A stretch of 63,985 nucleotides of DNA, counting the filler, from an uncultured bacterium (GTDB lineage Bacteria; CAYJOG01): the NCBI GenBank assembly GCA_964371695.1. It is 4 parts of 4 records of this genome, joined end to end, with 100 filler letters (N's around TTAATTAATTAA, not from the genome) between each part and the next. Parts side by side here need not be neighbours in the genome. Positions count along the whole stretch, not along the records: positions 1 to 17,830 come from CAYJOG010000010.1; 3 more parts are not named here. One strand, given 5' to 3'. The notes under the pieces are model-generated. The model saw only the letters and a list, made by a program, of their open reading frames with translations. It was not told where the DNA came from and ran no database searches. The position numbers and the translations under genes were made by a program. Each line of letters opens with the position of its first letter. The first letter of the stretch is position 1. Below are positions 1-9,703 of this stretch, one piece after another.

Positions 1-282
1 GTGTTGAACACGCTGGAGCAGAACACAGACCTTTCTGCCCGCGATCAGGCCATGGTGGCGCGCCTGAGCTGTCGCAGCGCCGTGATGGCGGGGGACGAAC
101 TGGACCCCACCGGCGCGGCGGAACTCATCCGTAACCTGCTGGCCTGCGACAACCCCGACACCTGCCCCCACGGGCGGCCCATCATCAGCCGCCTGTCCGA
201 AGACGAACTGGCCCCCCGTTTTCACCGCCCCAAAAAGGGCCGTTGCGGTGTGCGTCCGACAGAGGAAACGAAAGGGGATTAA
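1..282 (+). CDS. mutL: DNA mismatch repair protein MutL, C-terminal fragment (gene starts before window)
   Basis: SCRSAVMAG and CPHGRP motifs of the MutL C-terminal endonuclease domain. Confidence 0.85.
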   Translation: MLNTLEQNTDLSARDQAMVARLSCRSAVMAGDELDPTGAAELIRNLLACDNPDTCPHGRPIISRLSEDELAPRFHRPKKGRCGVRPTEETKGD

Positions 283-356
283 GCATCGGCTAAGGGGTTT
301 GTCTTGCGGCCAGCAATCCCGCAAAAGCACTCTCCTTTGCGCTACACTACCGGCGC

Positions 357-1430
357 TTGCCTGAGACACCTGATACGCCCGAAACACCTCCGGTTATTCT
401 GGAGATGCCGTTTTCTCACGGGGGCGGGGGGGGCAAGCTGCCACCCCGCCGGGGCAAACAGCCCCCGCCTTCGTGGACACCGCCGCCCGAAACGGGCCGC
501 TGGGGTCGGCGTCTGCTGCTGGTGCTGGTGGGGATTTATGCCGTGGCCTCGTGTGTGTATGTGGTGGGGCCTGATGAAAAAGGTCTGGTGCTGCGCCTGG
601 GGCGCTACACCGGCACGCCAGTGGACCCCGGTATTCACCTGAAGCTGCCCCTGGGTCTGGACAACGTGTATCGGGCCAAAGTGAAGTTTGCGTTCAAGGA
701 AGAGTTCGGCTATCGCACCGTCCGGTCGGGGCAGGTGACGCAATACGAACCCAACGAATACGACGAAGAAAGCCTGCACGTGACGGGCGACCTGAGCATC
801 GCCGACATCGACTGGGTGATTCACTACCGCATCGTGGACCCGTACAACTACCTCTTTCACACCCGCAATCTCATCGAGACCATCCGTTTTGCCAGTGAGG
901 TGGCCATGCGCGACGTGGCGGGCGACCACAGCTTTGACGAGATCATCAAAAACCGTGATGAAATCGAGAATGAAAGCCGTCGCGACCTGAACCAGATGCT
1001 CACCCAGTGGAAAGCTGGTGTGCAGGTGCATACGGTGCGGCTGCAACACGCCGCGCCGCCCCGCGAGGTGGCGGGTGCCTTCAACGAAGTGAACAAGTCG
1101 CAGCAGGAGATGGAGCGCACCATCAACGAGGCGCTGGCGGAATACAACCGCGAAATCCCCGCCGCCCAGGGCAAGTCCCAGCGCATTCTGGAAGAAGCCG
1201 AGGGGTACAAGCGGGAGCGCGTGAACCTGGCCAAGGGCGAAGGGGAGCGGTTTCGCAAGCTGGTGCAGGAATACGCCCTGGCCAAAGAGGTGACCCGCCG
1301 CCGTCTGCAACTGGAAACCTTGCAGGAGGTTCTGGGCCGCAGCAAAAACAAGGTGTTTGTGAGTGATTCGGCGGGCAACACCATCAAATGGCTGGAACTG
1401 CGCAAACCCCGTGCGGGAGCAAGCCAATGA
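357..1430 (+). CDS. hflK: FtsH protease modulator HflK (start 357 TTG or 405 ATG)
   Basis: Single TM followed by SPFH domain and 'AFNEVNKSQQE...A.YN..IP.A.G' coiled coil; ATGA overlap with hflC. Confidence 0.9.
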   Translation: MPETPDTPETPPVILEMPFSHGGGGGKLPPRRGKQPPPSWTPPPETGRWGRRLLLVLVGIYAVASCVYVVGPDEKGLVLRLGRYTGTPVDPGIHLKLPLGLDNVYRAKVKFAFKEEFGYRTVRSGQVTQYEPNEYDEESLHVTGDLSIADIDWVIHYRIVDPYNYLFHTRNLIETIRFASEVAMRDVAGDHSFDEIIKNRDEIENESRRDLNQMLTQWKAGVQVHTVRLQHAAPPREVAGAFNEVNKSQQEMERTINEALAEYNREIPAAQGKSQRILEEAEGYKRERVNLAKGEGERFRKLVQEYALAKEVTRRRLQLETLQEVLGRSKNKVFVSDSAGNTIKWLELRKPRAGASQ

Positions 1431-2548
1431 CCCGTACCGCCCGAATTGTCATGGTGCTGTTTGCCCTGGTGCTTTTGCGGGGCAGCCTGTTTGTGGTGGA
1501 CGAAATGCACCAGGCCGTGGTGCTGCAGTTCGGCCAGATTAGGCGGGTGGACAGGGATCCCGGCCTCAAGTTCAAACTGCCTCTCATTCAGAACGTGGTG
1601 ATGCTGGAAAAACGTGTGCTGGCCTGGGACGGCGCGCCGGATGATATGACCACCGGCGACAAACAAAAAATCTGGATCAACACCAGCGCCCGCTGGGTCA
1701 TCGTGGACCCGGCCAAGTTCCTGGTGTCGGTGCGCGAAGAAGATGCCGCTCAGGGCCGCCTGGACGACCTGATTGACGGTGAAGTGCGCAAGGCGGTGGC
1801 TCGCCACCGGGTGATTGATCTGGTGCGCGGCTCAGAAAGGGAAATGACCTATTTCGACGACGAGGAAGATCTTCGGCGACTTTTGCTGCGTTATCCCAAC
1901 CTGGATATTTTTCAGGGGGATGCCTTTGATCCCACGCGCGGGCAGATTGCACTGCCCGAATCGGAAATTGAATCTGCTCCCGCCCCGGTGAATTTGTCTG
2001 CCGGTCTGGGGGTGAGTGGTTCAGTGGAACTTCCTCCTTCAGCAGAAACAGCCACCGTGGCGCCAGACGCCGAGGTGGAAATCCCGCGCCCCACAAGCAA
2101 ACGGGGGCTGATCATGGATCAGGTCACCCGAAATGTGACCGCCCTGACGGAAAAGGAATACGGCATCAAGGTGTTGGATGTGCGCATCAAGCAACTGATT
2201 TATGTGGAAACCGTGCGCCAGGAGATTTACCAGAAGATGATCAGTGAACGCCACCGGGTAAGCGAAAAGTTCCGTTCGGTGGGTCAGGGGGCGGGCGACA
2301 AGATTCGCGGTGAGAAACTGCGCAAACTTAAGGAAATTCTGAGCGAAGCCCGACGCCGGTCTGAAATCGTGCGGGGCGAGGGCGACGCCCAGGCGGCCCG
2401 CATTTATGCCTCTGCCTATAACCGCGACCCGGAGTTTTACAAGTTCGTCAAAACCCTGGAAACCTATCGCATGGCTGTGGATGAAGAGACCGAACTGATT
2501 CTGCCCGTGCAAAGCGACGTGTTTCAGTACCTCATCAAAGCACCGTAA
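1427..2548 (+). CDS. hflC: FtsH protease modulator HflC
   Basis: N-terminal TM, 'VVLQFG...PGLKFKLP', C-terminal 'RGEGDA.AARIYA.AY..DPEFY.F..TLE.Y'; coupled to hflK. Confidence 0.9.
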   Translation: MTRTARIVMVLFALVLLRGSLFVVDEMHQAVVLQFGQIRRVDRDPGLKFKLPLIQNVVMLEKRVLAWDGAPDDMTTGDKQKIWINTSARWVIVDPAKFLVSVREEDAAQGRLDDLIDGEVRKAVARHRVIDLVRGSEREMTYFDDEEDLRRLLLRYPNLDIFQGDAFDPTRGQIALPESEIESAPAPVNLSAGLGVSGSVELPPSAETATVAPDAEVEIPRPTSKRGLIMDQVTRNVTALTEKEYGIKVLDVRIKQLIYVETVRQEIYQKMISERHRVSEKFRSVGQGAGDKIRGEKLRKLKEILSEARRRSEIVRGEGDAQAARIYASAYNRDPEFYKFVKTLETYRMAVDEETELILPVQSDVFQYLIKAP

Positions 2549-2564
2549 GCGGGTGGGGGGCGTC

Positions 2565-3200
2565 TTACCCGGTGAGGACGGTCAGTCTGGAAGACAGATC
2601 ATTCGCGTTGGCTCGCCAGAATCGGGTCTCGCCGTGGGCTGATGCCAGCACATTCAGGGCCTCCCGCGCGGCCAATGCGCCGACCCAGTTGACCAAAGGA
2701 CCGAGGATGCCCGCGCTCGTGCAGGTGCGGTCAAACATGGCCTGATTTTCTTCGCCGAACAGGTTGCCCAGCCGCTGGGGGCTGGGGGTGGGGCGGGACC
2801 ACACCCAGCCCTCCAGCCCCAGCGCGCCTGTGATAATCAGGTGCGCAGCAGGGCAGGGATGCTCTTCCAGTGTCCATTTCAGCCGTCCGTCATCGCTGGC
2901 TTCCAGCAAAATCCGGGAAGTCACCAGGGCCATGTCTTTTTCTGGCAAAAACGGCCGGGCCATGACTCGGAGGGTTTCCGGGAAAAATTCACTGGCCACT
3001 ACGGCTTTGGGCTGGCCGGTGTGTTCTTCTGAATACAACACCTGACGATGCAGGTTGGAAACCGCCACGGTGTCCGGCTCATAAGCCAGCACCCGGACAC
3101 CCGCCGTGCAGAACACGCGGGCGGCCATGGCCCCCAGCCCCCCCAGGCCGATGAGGGTGACCTGGGGCGAAAAATCACCTGGGGGGCCAAGGGTGGTCAT
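2565..3200 (-). CDS. ThiF/MoeB/HesA-family adenylyltransferase (short form)
   Basis: GLGGLG nucleotide-binding loop, 'SNLHRQVLY', 'G.PKA', 'C..AGILGP'. Confidence 0.75.
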   Translation of the reverse strand: MTTLGPPGDFSPQVTLIGLGGLGAMAARVFCTAGVRVLAYEPDTVAVSNLHRQVLYSEEHTGQPKAVVASEFFPETLRVMARPFLPEKDMALVTSRILLEASDDGRLKWTLEEHPCPAAHLIITGALGLEGWVWSRPTPSPQRLGNLFGEENQAMFDRTCTSAGILGPLVNWVGALAAREALNVLASAHGETRFWRANANDLSSRLTVLTG

Positions 3201-3236
3201 CTCCAGATGATGGCACGAAGGCGGGGTGGCAGAATG

Positions 3237-3266
3237 AAAAACGCCCGCTCAAGGGCGGGCGTTTTT
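3237..3266. terminator. Rho-independent terminator (bidirectional-type hairpin)
   Basis: AAAAACGCCCGC-TCAAGG-GCGGGCGTTTTT downstream of the peroxiredoxin gene. Confidence 0.75.
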
Positions 3267-3292
3267 CAAAATCGAGCCAAAGAAAAAACCGC

Positions 3293-3757
3293 TCAGCTTT
3301 TCAGGGCGTCCTGAATGGCCTTGAAGTCGGGCACCTGTTTGGGATCGTCGCTGATCCACACATATTTGAGCATGCCGTTTTTGTCGATGACAAAGGCGCT
3401 GCGTTTGGAAACACCCTTCAGGCCAATGAGGTCTTCGTGGATCGCGCCATAGGCGGTGCTCACGGTTTTGTTGAAATCACTCACCAGGGTGAAGGGGAAA
3501 TTGTGTTTTTCCTTCCACAGGCGGGCTGCAAAGGGGCTGTCTACCGAAAGGGCGATCACTTCGGCGCCCAGGCCCTGATAGACCGAATGGTCGTCGCGCA
3601 CGGCGCACAGTTCGCCCTCGCACACGGGGGTGTTCACCAACGGATAAAACAGCAGCAGCACGTTGCTTTTGCCCCGGAAACTGCTCAGGGCCACGTCGGT
3701 CATGTCACTGGATTTCAGTGTGAAATCCGGGGCCTCCTGGCCCGTTTGAACGCTCAT
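3293..3757 (-). CDS. Peroxiredoxin (AhpC/TSA, AhpE/BCP-like)
   Basis: 'G..APDFTL', FYP...TPVC..E peroxidatic motif, 'SVDS', 'RSAFVIDK.G'. Confidence 0.9.
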   Translation of the reverse strand: MSVQTGQEAPDFTLKSSDMTDVALSSFRGKSNVLLLFYPLVNTPVCEGELCAVRDDHSVYQGLGAEVIALSVDSPFAARLWKEKHNFPFTLVSDFNKTVSTAYGAIHEDLIGLKGVSKRSAFVIDKNGMLKYVWISDDPKQVPDFKAIQDALKS

Positions 3758-3878
3758 GAAATTGCCTCCTCAAAAAGTTCCCGCCAGTGTACCGCGCCTT
3801 CCAGTCCCAGCCAGCGGGCAATGTCAGATGGCTTCGTGCCAGAGTTTTCGCTCTTGTAATCAGGGAAGGCAGACCCAC

Positions 3879-3906
3879 AAAAAAGGGGCCATGGCGGCCC
3901 CTTTTT
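3879..3906 (-). terminator. Rho-independent terminator
   Basis: A-tract/GGGGCC...GGCCCC/T-tract hairpin after the TPR gene. Confidence 0.7.
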
Positions 3907-3927
3907 CAGACTGCATGAAGAAGGACT

Positions 3928-4749
3928 TCAGAACATGTCAATGTCCATGTTCTCGATTTTCTGGCCGGTGGCTTTTTCTTTGGTGAACCGCGTTATGGCG
4001 TTTTTCAACAGGAAAAGGGAGGGGTAAACCTTTTGGGCCTCTTTGGCCCATTTGAGGGATTGGTCAAACTTTTTGAAGTCCTCATAAAACAACGCCATGC
4101 CAAAATAAAACCGGGCGGTGGGTTTGGGTTTGAGGTGGCGGGTTTTCATTTTGGCCACGCCCTTGGTGAACTGTGCTTCGGCCTCTGCGTTGCGGTCCAG
4201 CTTCATAAGGGTGCGGGCGTAGTTGGCGTGGGCCCAATAATCTTTTGGGTCCAGCTTGATCAGCTTCAGCCACTCTTCTTCGGCCTGTTTGGCCATGCCC
4301 AGATAGTGTTTGCCCACGGCGATGGCCCCCACCGCGCAGGTGTTCTTGTTGTTGATCTTGAGGGCTTCGAGAATGGACGCCGTGGCGCGGGCCTGAAGCA
4401 CCCGGCGCGTGAGGCCCGATGTGCGGTTGCCGATGCGCCCCAGCGCCGAGGCGTATTTGCAGTGGACGTCGGGGTTGCGGGGTTGCAGTTCCTTGGCCTT
4501 GATGAGGAATTCCTCGGCTTTTTTCAGGGAAGCCTCGGACTTGTCCTTGTTCATGGTGATGTTGCCCATCCAGTAATTTGTCCAGTAATCACCGGGGGCT
4601 TTTTTGTATTCCCGAAGCACGATGGCGTAGGCCTTGTCGTATTCCAGGTTTTCATCCAGCAGTTCCACGTCTTTTTTCCAGTCGGCGTGGGCCAGTGTAA
4701 AAGTGAAAGAAATCGCCACCAGGGCGAGAGTCAGGCTGCGTTTGAACAA
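3928..4749 (-). CDS. Secreted tetratricopeptide-repeat protein
   Basis: GAGGAG RBS before TTG at 4749; signal peptide ending AHA; TPR-like helices ('KAKELQPRNPDVH', 'IKLDPKDYWAHANYA'). Confidence 0.7.
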   Translation of the reverse strand: MFKRSLTLALVAISFTFTLAHADWKKDVELLDENLEYDKAYAIVLREYKKAPGDYWTNYWMGNITMNKDKSEASLKKAEEFLIKAKELQPRNPDVHCKYASALGRIGNRTSGLTRRVLQARATASILEALKINNKNTCAVGAIAVGKHYLGMAKQAEEEWLKLIKLDPKDYWAHANYARTLMKLDRNAEAEAQFTKGVAKMKTRHLKPKPTARFYFGMALFYEDFKKFDQSLKWAKEAQKVYPSLFLLKNAITRFTKEKATGQKIENMDIDMF

Positions 4750-4860
4750 GGGAATCTCCTCATGAAAGTAAGGTCTTGGGAAGGACCATTCTAGAAACGC
4801 CCGGTGCAACCTTCAAGCGGTTTGGACTCTTTTTTATGAAATCTCTCTTCCTGTTCCACA

Positions 4861-5280
4861 ATGGCCGCCGTGGGTACGAATTTTTTTGAGGAACTGGGCG
4901 CGGAGGCGGGCCTCACCCGTCTGGTGGACCTGTTCTATGACCTCATTGAGCAGGACTCGGTGCTGCGGCATCTTTTTCCGGAGGACATGACCGAAGCGCG
5001 GCAAAAACAGGCCCTTTATTTCATCCAACATTTTGGTGGGCCAGACCATTACACCCGCCAGCACGGCAAGCCCTTTTTGCGCTTCAAACACCGTCACGCC
5101 GTGATTGGCCAGCCGGAGCGGGACGCCTGGATGGCCTGTTTTGAAAAAGCTCTGGCGGATGGGGGCGTGCCCCAGGCCTTGGCCCGTCAGGTGCTGGAGA
5201 ACCTGACGCCTTTGGCGGACGCCATGATCAACAGCAAGCCCGGCGTGCGCGACGCCCAGTACTTCAACACACCCACTTAG
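4861..5280 (+). CDS. Truncated (2/2) hemoglobin, group II-like
   Basis: 'LVDLFYD', 'FGGP..Y....G.P.LR..H', 'ERDAW..C'. Confidence 0.85.
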   Translation: MAAVGTNFFEELGAEAGLTRLVDLFYDLIEQDSVLRHLFPEDMTEARQKQALYFIQHFGGPDHYTRQHGKPFLRFKHRHAVIGQPERDAWMACFEKALADGGVPQALARQVLENLTPLADAMINSKPGVRDAQYFNTPT

Positions 5281-5381
5281 CAGGGTGTTGGTCAACCTCC
5301 CCTCAGCAGTTATCCTGAAGCTTCTCAAAATGAAACTGGAAACCCCATCCCCTGAGATGGTTTTTCCCACGCGGAGGCAAC

Positions 5382-7130
5382 GTGACCAAAACACTGGCCG
5401 TGATTTTTTTTGAACAGGTCGAGGCCCTGGGCCAGCACCCTGCCATGGAATACAAAGACCCCCAGGGGCAGTGGCGCACCATCACTTGGCAGGAACTGGG
5501 GGAGCGGGTGCGCGCTCTGCTGAGCGCCTTCAGGGCACACGGCGTGACGGCGGGAGACCGCATCGCCATCCAGAGCACCAATTGCCCCCAGTGGGTGACG
5601 GTGGACATTGCCGCCATGGTGGCTGGTGTGGTGACCATCGCCTATTACCCCAATGAGTCCCGCGAACGCCTCGCCTATCTGGTGGGCCACAGCGAGCCGA
5701 AAGTCGTGTTCTCCCGCAATATTGATCTGGCGGGAGCCACCCTCACCGCCAGCGAAGGGGCGGAGCCAAAACCCATGGTGGTGCAGTTTCAGGAGCCGCT
5801 GGCCAGCGGGGCGGTTTCGCTCAAGCAGTTTCTGGGCGCGGCAGATCCCATGCCCATTCACGAGGCCAAAGCCCTGGCCGCCCAGCGCGGATGGGACGAG
5901 CTTTACACCATTCAATACACCAGCGGCACCACCGGCCCGCCCAAGGGGGCCATGCTCAGTCATGGCAACTGCGCCACCATTTCAGACCTGGGGGCCACCA
6001 TCATTCCCGGTCGCAACCATCGCACCATCAGTTACCTGCCCCTGTCGCACATCGCCGAGCGCATGCAGGGCGTGTTCATGTTCATCGTCAACGGCAACAC
6101 CCAGTGTTTCTGTGAGAGTTTCGACACGCTGAAGGAAGACCTGCTTTATGTGCGCCCCACCTTTTTTGTGGCGGTGCCCCGCGTGTGGGAAAAGTTCATG
6201 GTGGGTCTTGAAGGAGCCATGGAAAAAGTGACGGGTTTCAAAAAGACCTTGCTGGACCTCGCCCGGAATCTGAACAAAAAAACCAGTCCCTCGGCGCTGG
6301 ACAAACTGCTGCTGGGCGTGCTGGACAAAATTGTGCTCAGCAAGCTCAAGGCCAAGCTGGGGTTGGACAACTGTCAGGTGTTCCTGGCGGGCGCGGCCCC
6401 GCTCTCTCCCCGCGTGTGGTCGTTTTTCAAGGAATTCGGCATTGAAATTCTGGAGGTTTATGGCCAGACCGAAAGCACCGGCGTGGTGTTTTCAAACCTG
6501 CCGGGCACGGCGCGCATCGGCACGGTGGGGCGGGTGCTTCCCGGCAATCAGGTGCGCATCAACCCCGACGGAGAAATCTGTTTCAAAGGGCCTCTGGTGT
6601 TTCTGGGTTATTTCAAAAACCCCGAAGCCACGGCGGAAAGCATTGTGGATGGCTGGCTGCACACCGGCGACGTGGGGGTGCTGGACAACGACGGTTTCCT
6701 GAAAATCACCGACCGCAAAAAGGACATCCTGATTACGGCGGCGGGCAAAAACGTGGCCCCCGCCGGTGTGGAGGCCAAGCTGGCGGGTTGCCCCGGCGTG
6801 GCCCGTGTGGTGGTGGTGGGAGATCAGCGCAAGTTCCTCACCGCCCTGGTGGCCCCAGATGAAGTGCAGGTGAAACAACTGGTGACCGACGGCAAACTGA
6901 GCGGTGGCGAGCCTTGGGACAAAAATGAAAGCCTGCAAAAACTGGTGCAGGGCTACATCACCGAAGCCAACAAGGACCTGGCCAGTTACGAAAGCATCAA
7001 GGCGTTTCGTGTGTTGCCCCACGACCTTTCCATTGAAGAAGGCGAATTGACGCCTTCACAAAAGGTGCGGCGCATGGTGGTGCATAAGAAATACGCCGCG
7101 ATCATTGACGGTATGTATCCGCCGGAGTAA
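5382..7130 (+). CDS. Long-chain fatty acid--CoA ligase (AMP-binding)
   Basis: YTSGTTGPPKG, YGQTE, 'GWLHTGD', 'ITDRKKD...AGKNVAP'; GGAGG RBS. Confidence 0.9.
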   Translation: MTKTLAVIFFEQVEALGQHPAMEYKDPQGQWRTITWQELGERVRALLSAFRAHGVTAGDRIAIQSTNCPQWVTVDIAAMVAGVVTIAYYPNESRERLAYLVGHSEPKVVFSRNIDLAGATLTASEGAEPKPMVVQFQEPLASGAVSLKQFLGAADPMPIHEAKALAAQRGWDELYTIQYTSGTTGPPKGAMLSHGNCATISDLGATIIPGRNHRTISYLPLSHIAERMQGVFMFIVNGNTQCFCESFDTLKEDLLYVRPTFFVAVPRVWEKFMVGLEGAMEKVTGFKKTLLDLARNLNKKTSPSALDKLLLGVLDKIVLSKLKAKLGLDNCQVFLAGAAPLSPRVWSFFKEFGIEILEVYGQTESTGVVFSNLPGTARIGTVGRVLPGNQVRINPDGEICFKGPLVFLGYFKNPEATAESIVDGWLHTGDVGVLDNDGFLKITDRKKDILITAAGKNVAPAGVEAKLAGCPGVARVVVVGDQRKFLTALVAPDEVQVKQLVTDGKLSGGEPWDKNESLQKLVQGYITEANKDLASYESIKAFRVLPHDLSIEEGELTPSQKVRRMVVHKKYAAIIDGMYPPE

Positions 7131-7136
7131 CCAGCG

Positions 7137-8330
7137 TCACTCGGTCAGAAACCCCAACGCCTGGGCGGTGCGTATCGCCTTGCGGGTGGCGGCCACGTCG
7201 TGTACCCGCACCACCGAGGCTCCTTGCGCCAGAGCGAAAACGGCTGAAACAAGGCTGCCTTCCAGGCGGTCCTGGGGTGTCTCTCCCGCGCCGATGGCCC
7301 CCAGAAAACTTTTCCGGCTCAGGCCCACCAGCAGGGGATAACCCAACGCCGCCAGGGCGGGGAGCTCCCGCAGCAAGGTCAGGTTGTGGTCCGCCAATTT
7401 GCCAAAACCGATGCCGGGGTCGAGCCATATTTTTTCCCGCGTGACACCGGCCTTGAGGGCGCGCTGGGTCTGTTGTTCCAGAAAATGCCCCACCTCCAGC
7501 GTCACGTCTTCATAAGCCGGGTTTTGTTGCATGGTCTGGGGGGTGCCCTGCATGTGCATGAGGGTGAGGCTGGCGTGGCGGGCGGCCACGGCCTCGAGCA
7601 GTTTTTCATCTGCCCCGCCGGTGATGTCGTTGATCATGCCTGCGCCCTGTTCCAGCGCCCACCGGGCCACCTCTGCGCTGGGGGTGTCCACACTCACACG
7701 GTCTCCAAAAACTTCCGCGGCTTTTTTCAGGGCAAACGAAAGCCGCCGGATTTGTTCCTGGGAGGTGACGGGCAACGCGCCGGGGCGGGTGCTCATGGGG
7801 CCCAGATCCACCCAGTCCGCGCCTTCTTCCTTCATCTGGTGCAGACGGTCTGATTGTGCGGTTTCGGTTTCATACAGGCCGCCGTCGTGAAAACTGTCGG
7901 GTGTCAGGTTGAGCACACCCATGATCAATGGCGTGGCCGGGCTGGCCGCAACCGCCTTTTCCAGTCGGGCCGCCAGGGCTTTCCCCCCCAGGGGCTGCTG
8001 GTGCATTTTTTCCATCAGGCGAGGCCAGCGGGCGCGGGAACAGATGAGCAGGCCGTGGGTGAATTTGTCCTCCAGCAGAATGGCGTTTTTGGGTGTGGCG
8101 AACTCCGCCCCCGTGGCCAGGGCTTCCTGTTTCAGGATTTGCGCCAGGGGCATGTTCATGTGGCGGATTTCGACGGCGAGAACGTCACCTTTGGGGGCCA
8201 TGATGGTCTGGCCCCGGCTGCTCACCCCCAGGCGTTCCAGAAAGGGCAAGAGCGTGCCGGGCGTGTCAATACGGCGCACCAGCAGACTGGGGCCCTCTGC
8301 GGCATCTGGAAAAATCAGCTCCCCGCTCAC
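7137..8330 (-). CDS. folP: Dihydropteroate synthase with N-terminal extension
   Basis: 'MGVLNLTPDSF.DGG', 'STRPGA', 'DPGIGFGK', 'GLSRKSF', 'RVHDV'. Confidence 0.92.
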   Translation of the reverse strand: MSGELIFPDAAEGPSLLVRRIDTPGTLLPFLERLGVSSRGQTIMAPKGDVLAVEIRHMNMPLAQILKQEALATGAEFATPKNAILLEDKFTHGLLICSRARWPRLMEKMHQQPLGGKALAARLEKAVAASPATPLIMGVLNLTPDSFHDGGLYETETAQSDRLHQMKEEGADWVDLGPMSTRPGALPVTSQEQIRRLSFALKKAAEVFGDRVSVDTPSAEVARWALEQGAGMINDITGGADEKLLEAVAARHASLTLMHMQGTPQTMQQNPAYEDVTLEVGHFLEQQTQRALKAGVTREKIWLDPGIGFGKLADHNLTLLRELPALAALGYPLLVGLSRKSFLGAIGAGETPQDRLEGSLVSAVFALAQGASVVRVHDVAATRKAIRTAQALGFLTE

Positions 8331-9703
8331 TCGTGCCCCAGGCCCAGTTCCTTGAGTTTGTAAAACAGGGTGCGCTCGCCAATGCCCAGCATTTTGGCCG
8401 CCTTGATTTTGCTCTGGCCGCTCTGGTCGAGGGCGCGCTGAATCAGGGTGCGCTCCACCAGTTCCTGGGCCTTGTGCAGCGTTTCTTTATAAGTGTCGGG
8501 AGAGAGCACAGCCGGTGCGGGAATGTTCAGGTTTTCCAAAGAAGAGAGTGTGGCCTTGGGCACCAGATTTTCCACCGGACTGCCGTCGTAGAGCAGGGCC
8601 AGTCGTTCCATGGTGTTGGAAAGTTCCCGCACGTTCCCCGGCCAGGGGTGGCCCGCGAGGGCCGCCATGGTTTTTTCATCCAAAGGCGGGCAGGGGCGGC
8701 GGAACTCGCGGGCGTAACGTTCCAGGAAATACCGGGCCAGCAGGGGAATGTCCTCCTGCCGGTCACGCAAGGGAGGCAGTGTCACCGGAAACACGTTCAG
8801 GCGAAAAAAAAGGTCTTCGCGGAAACTCCCCTTCGACACCATCTGCTTCAGGTTGCGGTTGGTGGCGGCCACCAGCCGCACGTCCACGCGCCGGGGCAGA
8901 TTCTCGCCGATTTTCTGGATTTCGCCGGCCTCCAGCACCCGCAGCAGCTTGGGTTGCAGCGACAGGGGCAACTCGCCGATTTCGTCCAGAAACAGTGTGC
9001 CCCGGTCGGCTTCTTCAAAGCGCCCCTTGCGGTCCCGGTCTGCGTCGGTGAAGGAACCTTTGCGGTGTCCGAACAGTTCGCTTTCAAAAAGGGTTTCAGG
9101 AATCGCGCCGCAGTTGACCGCCACAAACGGCCCCTTTGCGCGGGGGCTTTTGTCGTGCACAGCGCGGGCGAAGAGTTCTTTACCCACGCCCGTTTCGCCT
9201 ACCAGCAACACGGTGCTGGGGGTGGGGGCGACTTTTTCAACCATGGAATAAGCCTGCTTCAGGGCGGCGCTTTGTCCTACCAGGGCGTGGCCGGTTTCGC
9301 GTTTGAGTTCTTCTTTCAGCCGCAGGTTTTCGGCCTCCACCTGACTTAGGTGCAAGAGCCGGTTGAGGGTGAAGGTGAGTTCATCAATGTTGAAGGGTTT
9401 GAGGGTGTAGTCGCTGGCGCCCTCGCGCATGGCCCGCACCGCGCCCGCCACGTCGCCGTGGGCCGTGACCATCAGGAACGGCACCTGATTGTCTTCTTCG
9501 CGCACGGTGTGCAGCACGTCATAACCATCTCGCTTGGGCATGCGCACATCACAAATGATGGCGTCGGGCCTGAGCGCCAGAAACTGCCGCACGCCTTCAT
9601 CGCCGTCCGCCGCCGTGGACACGTCAAAGCCTTCACCCTCAAAGTGCATGGCCAACATGCGGCGCACGTTTTCCTGGTCTTCGATAATCAGCAGGCGGCT
9701 CAT
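8327..9703 (-). CDS. Sigma54-dependent (NtrC-family) response regulator
   Basis: Receiver domain, GETGVGKE, 'ESELFGH.KGSFTDA' (GAFTGA variant), 'WPGNVREL', Fis-type HTH. Confidence 0.93.
   Translation of the reverse strand: MSRLLIIEDQENVRRMLAMHFEGEGFDVSTAADGDEGVRQFLALRPDAIICDVRMPKRDGYDVLHTVREEDNQVPFLMVTAHGDVAGAVRAMREGASDYTLKPFNIDELTFTLNRLLHLSQVEAENLRLKEELKRETGHALVGQSAALKQAYSMVEKVAPTPSTVLLVGETGVGKELFARAVHDKSPRAKGPFVAVNCGAIPETLFESELFGHRKGSFTDADRDRKGRFEEADRGTLFLDEIGELPLSLQPKLLRVLEAGEIQKIGENLPRRVDVRLVAATNRNLKQMVSKGSFREDLFFRLNVFPVTLPPLRDRQEDIPLLARYFLERYAREFRRPCPPLDEKTMAALAGHPWPGNVRELSNTMERLALLYDGSPVENLVPKATLSSLENLNIPAPAVLSPDTYKETLHKAQELVERTLIQRALDQSGQSKIKAAKMLGIGERTLFYKLKELGLGHE

Noticed and set aside
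1831-2100. Low-complexity insertion in HflC
   Set aside because: HflC proteins commonly carry a variable insertion at about this position.
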